The translations under genes and the position numbers were made by a program. A stretch of DNA of 64,000 nt, taken from Tubulanus polymorphus (lineage: Eukaryota > Animalia > Nemertea). Location of the stretch: positions 13,512,586-13,576,585 of the forward strand of contig NC_134035.1 in NCBI RefSeq assembly GCF_964204645.1. The letters are read 5' to 3'. This document shows, piece by piece, positions 40,652 through 61,833 of the stretch (position 1 is its first letter; the number at the start of each line of letters is the position of its first letter). Below the pieces are notes generated by a model, which was not told where the DNA came from, made no database searches, and saw only the letters and a list, made by a program, of their open reading frames with translations.

Positions 40652-41030
40652 TACATGAGAAATATTGATTGAGCGCAAACAAAGTAAACTTAGTTCAATT
40701 CTCTATAAGATTTTTAATTTGTATCTGAATGATAGATTTAAGAGCCCCTGGCTAATATTTATTAAGAAGACTTTTGATGACTGTGTTTCCTCATATATCA
40801 GGACCACTCTGGACCAGTGTCAGTAATTACTGGGTTCGAACCCGGGACAACCCTCTACATCCTCTAATCAGCACCAGGACCACTCTGAATCAGTGTATCA
40901 GTAATTACTGGGTTCGAACCCGGGACACCCCTGTACATCCTCTAATCAGCACCAGGATTACTCTGGATCAGTATCAGTAATTACTGGGTTCGAACCCGGG
41001 ACACCCGTAAATCCTCCATTCAGCATCAGG

Positions 41031-41666
41031 CAGGGGCGGATCTAGAGGCAGACAATGACAGGAGCACAGAATTAAATTTGAATTTCAACCCTTTTTAATG
41101 CAATTTCCAGGCACCTGAGACACAAAAATGACATTCTGCAACAATTCGTTAAGAGATGGGAATTTATTAATATGGAAACAATGTGATAATGAACTTTATA
41201 GAATGCAATTAAGTTTTTCATAAAATAAACAAGGTACATAACAAAATAATTTTGATTAACTACAATCTAAATGAGATTGCACATATCTCATTTTCTAAGA
41301 AAGATTTACACATTAAGATGAGGTAATTTGAATCACGTGTAAATTAATGCCCTTTTCAAAAATAAATGTGCCCTTTCCATAAGGACCGACCACTGCCACG
41401 TGTATTAAATGCCCTTTTTGAGAATAATGCGCCTTTTACTCGACTCACTTCAGCAACGGACAGAAACTACGTGTTTTATATGCCCTTTTTTGAAAATAAC
41501 TGTGCCTTTTTCTTGAGAACAGACCACCGCATGTAAACAATGCCCTTTTTGAGAATAATTATGCCCTTTACTTGAGACAATTTTTTTCGCACTTTTTTCA
41601 AAAAGGGCACTCAGAATTTGCGACAGGAGCACGTGCTCCGCGTGCTCCCGTCTAGATCCGCCCCTG
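41031..41666. mobile_element. Non-autonomous DNA transposon, 16-bp TIR, 5-bp TSD
   Basis: CAGGGGCGGATCTAGA ... TCTAGATCCGCCCCTG; TCAGG on both sides; removing it restores the host repeat unit; internal TGCCCTTTT repeats. Confidence 0.88.
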
Positions 41667-41816
41667 TCAGGACCACTCTGCATCAGTTATCAGTAATTAC
41701 TTTTGTTAAGATATCAACATTTCACCGTACGGTGCTGCCTCTATGCTCATCGGTAGCGGGATTTTCATACACTAACGTTAGTCAACTCTGGCAAGCAAGG
41801 ATTACGGAGTATAACT

Positions 41817-42025
41817 CAACAGTATACGGAGACGCCATGTGTCCGCTAGTACCCAGTCCGTGATACCCAGTGTGTCTCTCGTACCCACTCAAATTCTAAT
41901 GGAGACTTTATTGAACATTTTATTGCTATCGATTTAGGCGATTAATATTCATACGATTATATATGGGTTCGGTACCCAGTTATAGAATAACCATGTTTTT
42001 CGCTACTGATGCCTCTAATAGATCT
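41817..42025 (+). repeat. Right copy of the ~205-bp direct repeat
   Basis: Matches 5142-5544 without the MITE. Confidence 0.92.
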
Positions 42026-42299
42026 TTCTGGCCGACACTAAATAAAAAGTGTTCCACTTAATGTCTTAGTATTGAGTAGTCCTGCGCCGCAGTGGCGGCT
42101 ATCCGTCAGGCCTTGTGGGCTGTATCGTCACAGTTTCTAGAGGTTTTACATTTTTATCAAAAGTATCTTTAAAATTAGTCTGCTGGAACGTGGGTCCATT
42201 CCTTGTGATTTATCCATTGATTAAACGCCGATCCAAACGAGTCATAAGAAAGATATTGTTCGAAACAAGCAGTTTTATTATATACCATAGAAAGAAAAT

Positions 42300-45012
42300 A
42301 TGTGTTCTGTGGTACCCAGTGATTAAATACAAAATAACATGTGTTCCGTGGTACCCAGTGACAATTAAACAACATGTGCCGTGGTACCCAGTGACAATTA
42401 AACAACTTGTGTTCTGTGGTACCCAGTGACAATTAAACAACTCGTGTTCCGTGGTACCCAGTGACAATTAAACAACATGTGTTCCGTGGTACCCAGTGAC
42501 AATTAAACAACTCGTGTTCCGTGGTACCCAGTGACAATTAAACAACTCGTGTTCCGTGGTACCCAGTGACAATTAAACAACATGTGTTCCGTGGTACCCA
42601 GTGACAATTAAACAACTCGTGTTCCGTGGTACCCAGTGACAATTAAACAACTTGTGTTCTGTGGTACCCAGTGACAATTAAACAACTCGTGTTCCGTGGT
42701 ACCCAGTGACAATTAAACAACATGTGTTCCGTGGTACCCAGTGACAATTAAACAACTCGTGTTCCGTGGTACCCAGTGACAATTAAACAACTCGTGTTCC
42801 GTGGTACCCAGTGACAATTAAACAACATGTGTTCCGTGGTACCCAGTGACAATTAAACAACTCGTGTTCCGTGGTACCCAGTGACAATCAAACAACATGT
42901 GTTCCGTGGTACCCAGTGACAATTAAACAACTCGTGTTCCGTGGTACCCAGTGACAATTAAACAACTCGTGTTCCGTGGTACCCAGTGACAATCAAACAA
43001 CTCGTGTTCCGTGGTACCCAGTGACAATTAAACAACTCGTGTTCCGTGGTACCCAGTGACAATTAAACAACTCGTGTTCCGTGGTACCCAGTGACAATCA
43101 AACAACTCGTGTTCCGTGGTACCCAGTGACAATTAAACAACTCGTGTTCCGTGGTACCCAGTGACAATTAAACAACTCGTGTTCCGTGGTACCCAGTGAC
43201 AATCAAACAACTTGTGTTCCGTGGTACCCAGTGACAATCAAACAACATGTGTTCCGTGGTACCCAGTGACAATTAAACAACTCGTGTTCCGTGGTACCCA
43301 GTGACAATTAAACAACTTGTGTTCCGTGGTACCCAGTGACAATCAAACAACATGTGTTCCGTGGTACCCAGTGACAATTAAACAACTCGTGTTCCGTGGT
43401 ACCCAGTGACAATTAAACAACTTGTGTTCCGTGGTACCCAGTGACAATCAAACAACGCGTGTTCCGTGGTACCCAGTGACAATTAAACAACTTGTGTTCC
43501 GTGGTACCCAGTGACAATTAAACAACTCGTGTTCCGTGGTACCCAGTGACAATCAAACAACTCGTGTTCCGTGGTACCCAGTGACAATTAAACAACTTGT
43601 GTTCCGTGGTACCCAGTGACAATTAAACAACTTGTGTTCTGTGGTACCCAGTGACAATTAAACAACTCGTGTTCCATGGTACCCAGTGACAATTAAACAA
43701 CTCGTGTTCCGTGGTACCCAGTGACAATTAAACAACTCGTGTTCCGTGGTACCCAGTGACAATTAAACAACATGTGTTCCATGGTACCCAGTGACAATTA
43801 AACAACACGTGTTCCGTGGTACCCAGTGACAATTAAACAACTCGTGTTCTGTGGTACCCAGTGACAATTAAACAACTCGTGTTCTGTGGTACCCAGTGAC
43901 AATTAAACAACTTGTGTTCCGTGGTACCCAGTGACAATTAAACAACTTGTGTTCCGTGGTACCCAGTGACAATCAAACAACATGTGTTCCGTGGTACCCA
44001 GTGACAATTAAACAACTTGTGTTCCGTGGTACCCAGTGACAATTAAACAACTTGTGTTCCATGGTACCCAGTGACAATTAAACAACATGTGTTCCGTGGT
44101 ACCCAGTGACAATTAAACAACTCGTGTTCCGTGGTACCCAGTGACAATTAAACAACTTGTGTTCTGTGGTACCCAGTGACAATTAAACAACTTGTGTTCC
44201 GTGGTACCCAGTGACAAGTAAACAACTCGTGTTCCGTGGTACCCAGTGACAATTAAACAACTTGTGTTCTGTGGTACCCAGTGACAATTAAACAACTTGT
44301 GTTCCATGGTACCCAGTGACAATTAAACAACATGTGTTCCGTGGTACCCAGTGACAATTAAACAACTCGTGTTCCGTGGTACCCAGTGACAATTAAACAA
44401 CTCGTGTTCCGTGGTACCCAGTGACAATTAAACAACATGTGTTCCGTGGTACCCAGTGACAATTAAACAACTCGTGTTCCGTGGTACCCAGTGACAATTA
44501 AACAACTCGTGTTCCGTGGTACCCAGTGACAATTAAACAACTTGTGTTCCGTGGTACCCAGTGACAATTAAACAACTCGTGTTCTGTGGTACCCAGTGAC
44601 AATCAAACAACATGTGTTCCGTGGTACCCAGTGACAATCAAGCAACTCGTGTTCCGTGGTACCCAGTGACAATTAAACAACTCGTGTTCCATGGTACCCA
44701 GTGACAATTAAACAACTTGTGTTCTGTGGTACCCAGTGATTAAATATGAAATAACATGACATTGTGTTCTGTGGTACCCAGTGACAATTAAACAACTCGT
44801 GTTCCATGGTACCCAGTGACAATTAAACAACTTGTGTTCTGTGGTACCCAGTGATTAAATATGAAATAACATGACATTGTGTTCTGTGGTACCCAGTGAC
44901 AATTAAACAACTCGTGTTCCATGGTACCCAGTGACAATCAAACAACTCGTGTTCCGTGGTACCCAGTGACAATTAAACAACATGTGTTCTGTGGCCGTAC
45001 CCAGTGACAATT
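42300..45012. repeat. 35-bp satellite (GTGGTACCCAGTGACAATTAAACAACTCGTGTTCC), about 77 units
   Basis: Highly homogeneous tandem array with a KpnI site in nearly every unit. Confidence 0.98.
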
Positions 45013-47691
45013 AAGTAGGCCTATCTCAGGTACTATAAGATTGTCTTTATATATATTATAGTACCTGAGATACCGGATGATTTAGTCTGGGCTACGGTTG
45101 ACCCCCAAACTTAGTGGATTGTCCTCTCTATACAGCTACAGGGCTGAGACACATTTAACCCCAGTCTGTGGCACAGTATCATGATATTGATATGACATAT
45201 TTATAATAGTATGTCAACATCTAAAAATATATATTTATGCTATTTTCAAGATCAAACTGAAGTTGAACATCCAAGTGATGAAAAAAGAAATAAATTTCAT
45301 TGATTGCGTTTACCAGCAGTCAGCACACGCCAGTTGGTGGCAGTGCTATTGAATCTCTATTATAGCCTAAAATCTAAATGTAGAGTGATTTCAACAGTCT
45401 GGAACTTCTATTGGAAGCAGGCCTATGCCTGCTATACCGATACAGCAACAACATTCTCTTCATAATCGGGCCCTTTATGGACTGAGTGTGTAAAATGTAT
45501 CCTCTAGCGTGTCAATCAATTGAATTGATATTGACAAGCTATCGGACGATTTTTGACAAGCTAGCGGACGATTCGCGCATGGGTACCGTAGACACGGGAG
45601 GCCTTTTTATGAACACTCGATTAGTATATTCGAGTATGCAAAACGTTTTTATGAGCATGGATTATGTCATAATCCGTCATTTTTATGAACATTGGTTATC
45701 ATAATCGATTAGCATACTCAGCATACTCGCTCGGCGAGCAAGTATGCCGATTATCTAATCCAACCGATATGGTGTTCTCGGTAGAAGTCGCTGCTGAGTA
45801 GGCCATAATTGAATAATTTATACCTGGCGTTTTTATCAACCAACATACCCGGTTATGCTAATTGACACTAATCGGCTATATAATCTAAATAGCTAATCTA
45901 TTTCGATTTTGCTGGTTATACAAAGGCCTGGGGTATCAGCGACTGGGTATGAGCGGACACTTGTAAAGTTCAGGCAACCAGTCTACTACAGCGGATCCGT
46001 TCGGAACCTTCCGGATACTAGTAATGGATAGCTCCGATAAGTCAATGAGAAACCCAAGGTCGAGAATTAACGTCATAGCGCGCGTAATTTAGGGGGCCAC
46101 TGTGAAAGCTTTAAATCTGTTTAAATATATTTTACCGGCGTTTCACCAATTATATTTCAATAGCAACATGGAACCCGAAGTGCGCGGAGAACTCACCGGG
46201 TCGACGGAATTTCCGTACACAGGTCCGCTTTGGCAGAGAGGGGTTTTCGGGATACTGCGAATTTGACAGGAAACAGTCTAATAATCCAGATCTCCGCCGA
46301 TCCGATTAGTTAGATCGGAAACCAATGAAGCCGTGGAGAAAATAGCGCGCATTATTTAGGGGGTGAGCTGTGAAAGAGACAAAATCTGTAAATTTGTGAC
46401 AAACAAACGTCCGGTATCGGCACCGCTGTATGGCACTGCCGCGCGGGTTAGTTTGCTTATTGACGGGTCTTGTTTATATCGGGGTTTCAAAGCACGCACG
46501 ATTAAAAACCAATTAGATATCTCAATAGCGACAAGAAACCAACTGTGCAGACTGAAACAGTCGTCTGAACTCACCGGGTGGACCGACGGGTTAGAGCCTG
46601 GGAATGTTATAACATTTAGGCCGAATTTACGGAAAAATATGGGCCAATCCTGCCTGCATGCTATGTTAAGTGTTAGAAGGCATTATTGGATGTACTCTTA
46701 ATCTTTACTTTCAATTCAAACCAAAACCAAAAACCGGCCGCGACGGGGGAGGACTTATTTTCTATTGCGTTTAAATTCAATGGAACTTCAATATATTAAA
46801 AGATATCAACAGATATATTGTACACGCGACTATAAATGCAGCCCCGCGGCACTTGTAAAAAGACTGGCGGTGGACGTCCCTGGGCTAATACTCTAAATGA
46901 CAAATAATACATGAAAGCATTTTCAGACGTGACGTTCAAAAAATGAAAAAAAAATCAATTAATCTTGTGACACCATGACACGCAGAGAGTCGTCATTTGG
47001 TCCCAGGCAGGATGATTTACGTGAACTATTCAAAACAAGACTCCACGCCGTGTATGCCGACAAGATCGTGGGAAATTACAGAATATAATATGAAACAATT
47101 AAAACGTCCGTTTAAAAAAAGGTGGCGGTCACCCACCCGTCAGTACACGTCCCGTCAGTCAGCCAACTCGAAAACAAACAGTCTGCGTAAACAAATCTTA
47201 TATTGAAATTCCTCCTCGAGAAGTGACGTTAATTCAGTGTCGTGTTTAAGTGATTTATAGTAACGTTAAAACCGTGCGAAATTGCTATTACGTCTCAGCG
47301 GTGTCCATCTTCAGACCGGGGACACCGCGTGGCTAAATCAATTAGTCCCCATAAATCTCAACACGAATCGGTCTATTTAGGCGAATAGTTATTTTTCATA
47401 TTAATATCGTCTGCGCAAATTGTCTGCAATTATAAAAACGAAAAGACACTTGGTGTGAATTAATTGATCGGAACAGTCTGATTCGATCGACTGACTCCCT
47501 GCGGAGGCTGCCGGCGTAGAGGACCGACTGATTCTAAACACATTCACACCGGTTAACCTCAACTGATCCTCTCACACCCAATATTCTATATTTACCGCCT
47601 GCTAGATGTTTACCGATAATCAGTAGCTACAAGCAGACGATTCGTGTCGATACAGCGAATTCTCTCTCGCTTCAGCATTCATTTGTAAATC

Positions 47692-56333
<8,642 letters not shown>

Positions 56334-57142
56334 AACTATAATTTTGATTTTTCTAAGAAACTTTCTTTCATACATTGCACACACGGATAAAGACACTGGC
56401 TTCAAGTTTTGCCGCAAGGATTCTTTATAGACGCGACCCTCTGTTCTGCGTGATCCCCGCGTTCGGCACCCAGGTCGCCCCCTCACCTCCTCTGGTATCG
56501 CATTCGTGGATTAGAATCATTCTCGAATTGTCAAACAACGAAGTAGTTGGATACTTAAAAACCTGCTGAATGGTTTTAGTTAACGCGGCCGGATACAGTT
56601 GGACGGTTTAGTGTACGGCGCAACCGTGCAGGATGGAGTCTGGCGTGAGTTTGGCTTTATGGAGCCCCAGTAAGCAAGCCCTGGGAAGCGAGGGTACACA
56701 AACGGCACCGCCTTGTTGTTTATCAGTTTGACTTCCGGCACGCTGTCCGATCCGCGGAGTTCGTTTTCCATCTTCATTTTCTATTTTTGCACAACGTATG
56801 CGTGTTTTTTAATGCCGTACTGACCCGGCGGCCCCACCGGATCACGATAGAGCTTTGACATCGGAGCTTGTGGTCTACTCACAACACGGAGCGCTACATG
56901 GCTCACAGGGGCTATGCCTCACTGGGTATAGCCCTGCCACAGGGGTTTGCGGGTGCCCAGAGCCGTGCCGCCTTTTTTGCCTTTTTGCCATCAATCTAGC
57001 GAATGTGAATTTGAATTTATAATGAATTTTATTACCATTTTATCGCAAATAAACTATTTATATACTGTAATACTGTCTGCGATTTGTTTTTTACTTTATA
57101 TACGAGATTTTGTTGTTAAACAAAAGAATAACGACGTTTTCG

Positions 57143-57363
57143 GGTAAAGTGCAGATCTGCACCTCTCCGCATAAACGGTTCAATCAATTACATGAAATAT
57201 AATTGTTTCAGACTCAAAATGTCATCAGCAATTCAGTAGGCCTACATTGAAATTGGTTAATTTAAAGATATCTTCACTAGAAAGAGTAGAAAGATTTTTA
57301 GCCTGGATTCTGTCATTCAGCAGATTGCGTCAACCACGAGAGGTGCGGATCTGCACTTTTACC
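57143..57363. mobile_element. Second copy of the Merlin-like MITE, 9-bp TSD
   Basis: Close to 4422-4635; flanks ACGTTTTCG/ACGGTTTCG. Confidence 0.85.
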
Positions 57364-57895
57364 ACGGTTTCGTTGGTTTGTGTTGTGCGGTCCGGTCACA
57401 CACCTGCTGCCCCTATGTTTACCATTAGCGGGAAACACGGGAACTAACACGACGTTGCGAATTTTTTTTTCACACCAGGTCCGCCATTTTGTTTCTCCAT
57501 ATGACATGCTATCACGTGATCTCAACATGTAAACACAATAACTACCGGTATACATAAAACACGTGTTCCTTATAAATCTGGAATAAGTTGAATAACGAAA
57601 CCCACTCAGTAACAAAACGAAAATTGGAGTCTAGAATATAATCCTTGATTATAATGTTAATAAAATTGGGGAATTATATGCTCAATTTTATAAATTATAA
57701 TTTATACTGAAGTAGACACCGGGTGTAGAAGACGCTGTCCTCAATTATGCCAGATCCCAAAGAGTCCCAAGTCTAGACTTTTGTGTCCTTGTAAATAAAA
57801 AATTATACGGGGGAATATCCTCTTAGCCTCTGCAGGGAATCAAGTCTACGTCCTTGAGCTCCTTCTGAAGGGCCGAAAATAAATACAGGCCTCTC

Positions 57896-58125
57896 CATAG
57901 GCGTCGCCGGGATTTTTTTATGGGGGTCCGAATATCGGCAATTTGGTAAATCTAGTAAGGCAGCGAAGCTGCCTTTGACGAGGACCGAAGAAAATTTTGA
58001 AAATTAGGAGCGATTTAAAGCGTTTTCTCGCCACCTTGTGGAGTTTTTATATAGTAAAAAACGAAGAAACCTAGCCGAAAAAGGGGGTTCGTTCGCTCCC
58101 CCGAACCCCCCTGGCGACACCTATG
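57896..58125. mobile_element. MITE with CATAGGCGTCGCC TIR and 5-bp TSD
   Basis: CATAGGCGTCGCC...GGCGACACCTATG; CTCTC on both sides; related terminus at 54819. Confidence 0.82.
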
Positions 58126-59808
58126 CTCTCTGCTGCCACCAGACTTCAGCACCACTCATAAGTCAGATATTTATCACAAATCAAACATTTATTTGCTAAA
58201 CAAACAAGCCCAATCCTGGGCTTCCACACAATTTGTCAAAGAAAATATCTATGAAAAAGTAATACAAAATTAATTAGTTATTTACAAATACTGGTAGGGA
58301 TCAGCAGTATGACAGCCTCAGATTGTCACGAAGAGAGACAAATTATTATATTGAAATCTTTACATAATATACTAATACATAAGAAACTATTTTATATATT
58401 TTGATAATACAGCAGTTATGAAGATTGAGACTTTAATGATTATTGCAGTATCTATATACGGGGTACAGCAGTTTAGTAACTAATGCTAACAGATTTGTCA
58501 TAATTTGTTTGAATTTGGCGTGCATATTTTTAACCGATCATCCGCTCCGCTAGCCATGAGGCTTGCGTGAGGGTGAAAGTATTAATATTCTGACACTCAA
58601 TACACTTTTTTCCTTACACTTTCTAAACTTCCTTCCGCGAAGAAGCGACGCAAGGCTGGCTTCATGTCGACGCCTAGACCAACGCAACCGGCCGGATAAT
58701 CCCCGATTAGCGCCACATAACCTCAGCGTTTTCAAACTTCCAAACATTTTCAAACTTCAAAAGAAAAGATGCCATTGACCGCAATTCAAGAATGGCCAGT
58801 GACCTACCTGCGATACCTTTTGAAATCATTCCCCGAAGCTTTTGGTATTGGTGTTGCAACCAATCACCGGCTACGAATTTTAAGGGGTCAGTTAAAAACT
58901 GGTGGGCGCTCCTACAAGTTGTCATTACACTTGGAAATTCTACACGGCGAAGAAGTCTCTGTCGCTGGATAATGCTCAGATAGGACACGTTTTAGAAAAA
59001 GAAAATTTTCATTAGATTGTTACAAACGCAGCTGAGCTGATAAACTATTTGTTATCAATACAACTGGATTTTGGCAACAGGACACGGAATTTAAAAATGA
59101 CTTTAAGATTGACTCTTGAATAAAAGGATTACATTTTCAAATTGCTGCTTCATCCGCGTTACAAGGTTGCTGTAAGGTAGGTGGAACATTTATTTAACAT
59201 TAGCGGTCGAAATTATGTTTTATAGGTTTAGATTTAGGAAAAAATAGTTGCACTTTAGGTTAGGGTTAGGTTAGGTTTAATTAACAGGTACCGGTACCCA
59301 GTGTTACAGATTCATAGAAGATACAACAGACTCGCCTACTGATGAAAAAAAAGAGCGATCCGAATTGAATAAGGTAGGACATATTTCAGCGTGGACTTGT
59401 CAACTAGAGTTGATACGTCCATGATTTCAGTGAGAAGAAAAAGACCCCCCGGGCCACAGAAGATCGAACCCGAAGTTGAATGATGATGACAGAGTGGCTT
59501 GAAAAAATTCAGGTGCGACTTGTATGACATGTCTTATAGTTCTTGTAGATAAATAGAATTGATAGAATTTATGTTAGTTCTAACTAGTTATTTGACCCCC
59601 CAATTAAAACATAATTTCAACCGTTAATTTTTTTAGGTATTTTGAATATATTTCACAATTATCCAACGTCCCCTACCCTCACCCCTCCCCTTAAAACGAA
59701 GCTACCACGATTTTGTGGGTTAAGCGTGACTTTGGTAGGATGAGGAATTGACGATTTGGACTTGACAACTTTTTTCTACATAATAGAAACTACATAAACG
59801 TTAACACA

Positions 59809-60444
59809 TGTAGAGCTAGGAGGGGTGGACTATTAACCCCTCAAAACACATACAGATAACAGTGATACAAATATAAAACAATTGACAAATATACACTTAT
59901 ACAATATTACACATTAAAATGATAGAATTAAATTTTTCACGCGCCATTTTATTTTGAAGTAATCTCGCGCCATTTTTTCGAAGTCTCATCTCGCGCCATT
60001 TTATTTGGAGGTAATCTCGCGCCATTTTATTTTGAAGTAATCTCGCACCATTTTGTTTTGAAGTAATCTCGCGTTATTTTATTTTGAAGTTATCTCGCGC
60101 CATTTTATTTGTCTTTTTGCGCATCCCAGATACTTCACTTATTTTGTTGTTCTGTAATTGATCATATATCAACTCACTCAGTTTTGTATTGTAATATATG
60201 TATTGTATTATGTATTGTATGATGTATTGTACCATGTATTATATTATGTATTGTATTATGTCTTGTATTATGTATTGTAATATGTATTTGTAGTAATTAC
60301 TCTTCTCACTCGGTTCTCTCTAATTAGTGTCAGTCTGCCTATAAATACTGATTAGTAACGAAAGCTTGTGCGTCAAATAAACCTATATTGTATACTTATA
60401 CTTGTCTCGTTATAATTATTCTAGACCCGGTTTATACCTCTACG
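59809..60444 (+). mobile_element. Possible solo LTR
   Basis: TGTAGAG...CTCTAC ends; tandem CGCCATTTT (YY1-like) units at 59941-60110; TATAAA ~60340; AATAAA ~60376; no TSD found. Confidence 0.35.
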
Positions 60445-60924
60445 GAATAAGGGAACATCGTGTTTTAATTCCTGGTTCGGACCCACTGTCACAGCCTTCG
60501 TCAGTGGACACAGGACAACTCGGGCTGGATTCGAACCCTTGAAAGCAGCAGGCCCATTTCTCCTGGACACTGAGGAAAACTTCTAAGACTAAGATTCGAT
60601 TTTCAGCCTTCTTTGACGAAGAGAACTTCAGCGGGACAATACTCAGAATTCTTGTGGAATGAACCTGTTTTGGAATTTTCTGCGAAAGCTTCATTTTTCG
60701 AGAGGAAATTAAATCAATTTCATATCGGTAACTATTACGACGAGTAATAGGAAAAATTGTGCCGAAATTGAGAGTATTGAAACAAACACAGCTAACCTAC
60801 ACGGCTGTCTGGAATCAGTTGTTTCGTGATGTAAAATTTGCAGAAAATTCCGAAACATTTTCATTCCATCACGAGGAGACTGAAATTGACTGGTGATCCA
60901 TGTACGCTGGGCGAACTTCAGTTA

Positions 60925-61076
60925 TCGGAGTTAGTCGCGACTATAGTCGAACTACGTAAGTGAAACCGAATGTCAGTTAGTCGGAACCATAGTCCGGAAA
61001 TAGTTCGGAAATAAAGCGCATTCGGTTATTAGTTCCGACCACTAGTCGACTAGATACGAGAACTGAATTTGGCCCT
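60925..61076 (-). mobile_element. Inverted partial copy of the 5193-5367 MITE
   Basis: Reverse complement of AGGGCCAAATTC.GTT.TCGTATCTAGTCGAC.AGTGGTCGGAACTAAT. Confidence 0.8.
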
Positions 61077-61723
61077 TACTGAGGAACTAGGACCCGGCGG
61101 ACACGACCATCAGCCAGGAACAAGATATAGTCCCGACCAGTCTGACCAGTGTGTGGTCGGCGGATGAGAGAGGATTAATGTACAAGGCAAGCAACATCAA
61201 AGCCTCGCTCGGAAGGTCTCCACTGAAGGCGCTGCGATGCACTAATCTCGGTAAGTGGACTTTATTAGAATAACATGACACTAAACGCAGACGTTACATT
61301 ATCTCATTTACATTATATGATGATACTGGCGGCATGCGGACAACAAATTAGTTCACATTTTAACCGCCAACTGTGTGTATAGGGGCAGCACCTGACGGTT
61401 GAGATCCGACACAAATCGATAGTCTGACTGTGGCATGCGAGTAATACAGATTTTTTCCCATTTACAAAAATTAATAATCATAAAACAAAATCAATCCATT
61501 CAGAACATATTCAACAAAATAACAAGTGCAACAACAACGTCATTAGAAATTGGAAAGCAAAATTAACCGATTTTGAAATCTATTGTCGATAGATGGCAGC
61601 ACGAGACGGTTATTAAAAATGGTGGCCATGTGACAAACCAGGAAGTATTTGTTTACATTTAGTTTTTTGGATATTGAGCTATGTTTTAGGCGCGATGGCG
61701 GCGTAAACAGAGGATACATCGAG

Positions 61724-61833
61724 ATGGGGAAAGATCAGGATCTAATCGAAGCTGGAAGAACCGGTAATGTGGCCGTCATCGAGAAAATATTGAGCGTCAA
61801 AACGAAGAAAGTTTTACTCGGGCCGTTTTCCAG
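61724..61833 (+). CDS. ANKS1B: First coding exon of an ankyrin repeat and SAM domain protein (ANKS1A/ANKS1B-like)
   Basis: MGKDQDLIEAGRTGNVAVIEKILS resembles the ANKS1B N-terminus as recalled (MGKDQELLEAARTGNVALVEKLLS); donor AG|GTATGT at 61833; the rest lies beyond the window. Confidence 0.8.

Larger units (their letters stand above)
40390..41700. repeat. ~72-bp tandem repeat with B-box-like GGGTTCGAACCC, interrupted by two MITEs
   Basis: CAGGACCACTCTG..CAGTAATTACTGGGTTCGAACCCGGGACA units at ~40425, 40800, 40875, 40950, resuming at 41667. Confidence 0.75.

Noticed and set aside
5142-42025. LTR retrotransposon defined by the direct repeats
   Set aside because: No TG..CA termini, PBS, PPT, TSD or gag/pol remnants seen
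42300-45012. CRISPR-like array (35-bp period)
   Set aside because: Head-to-tail units with no unique spacers, no cas genes, eukaryotic context
58550-58990. Overlapping short ORFs as a gene
   Set aside because: No recognisable domain or consistent splice structure
59256-59277. Telomeric repeat or chromosome fusion scar
   Set aside because: Only 3-4 imperfect TTAGG(G) units; commonly part of MITEs
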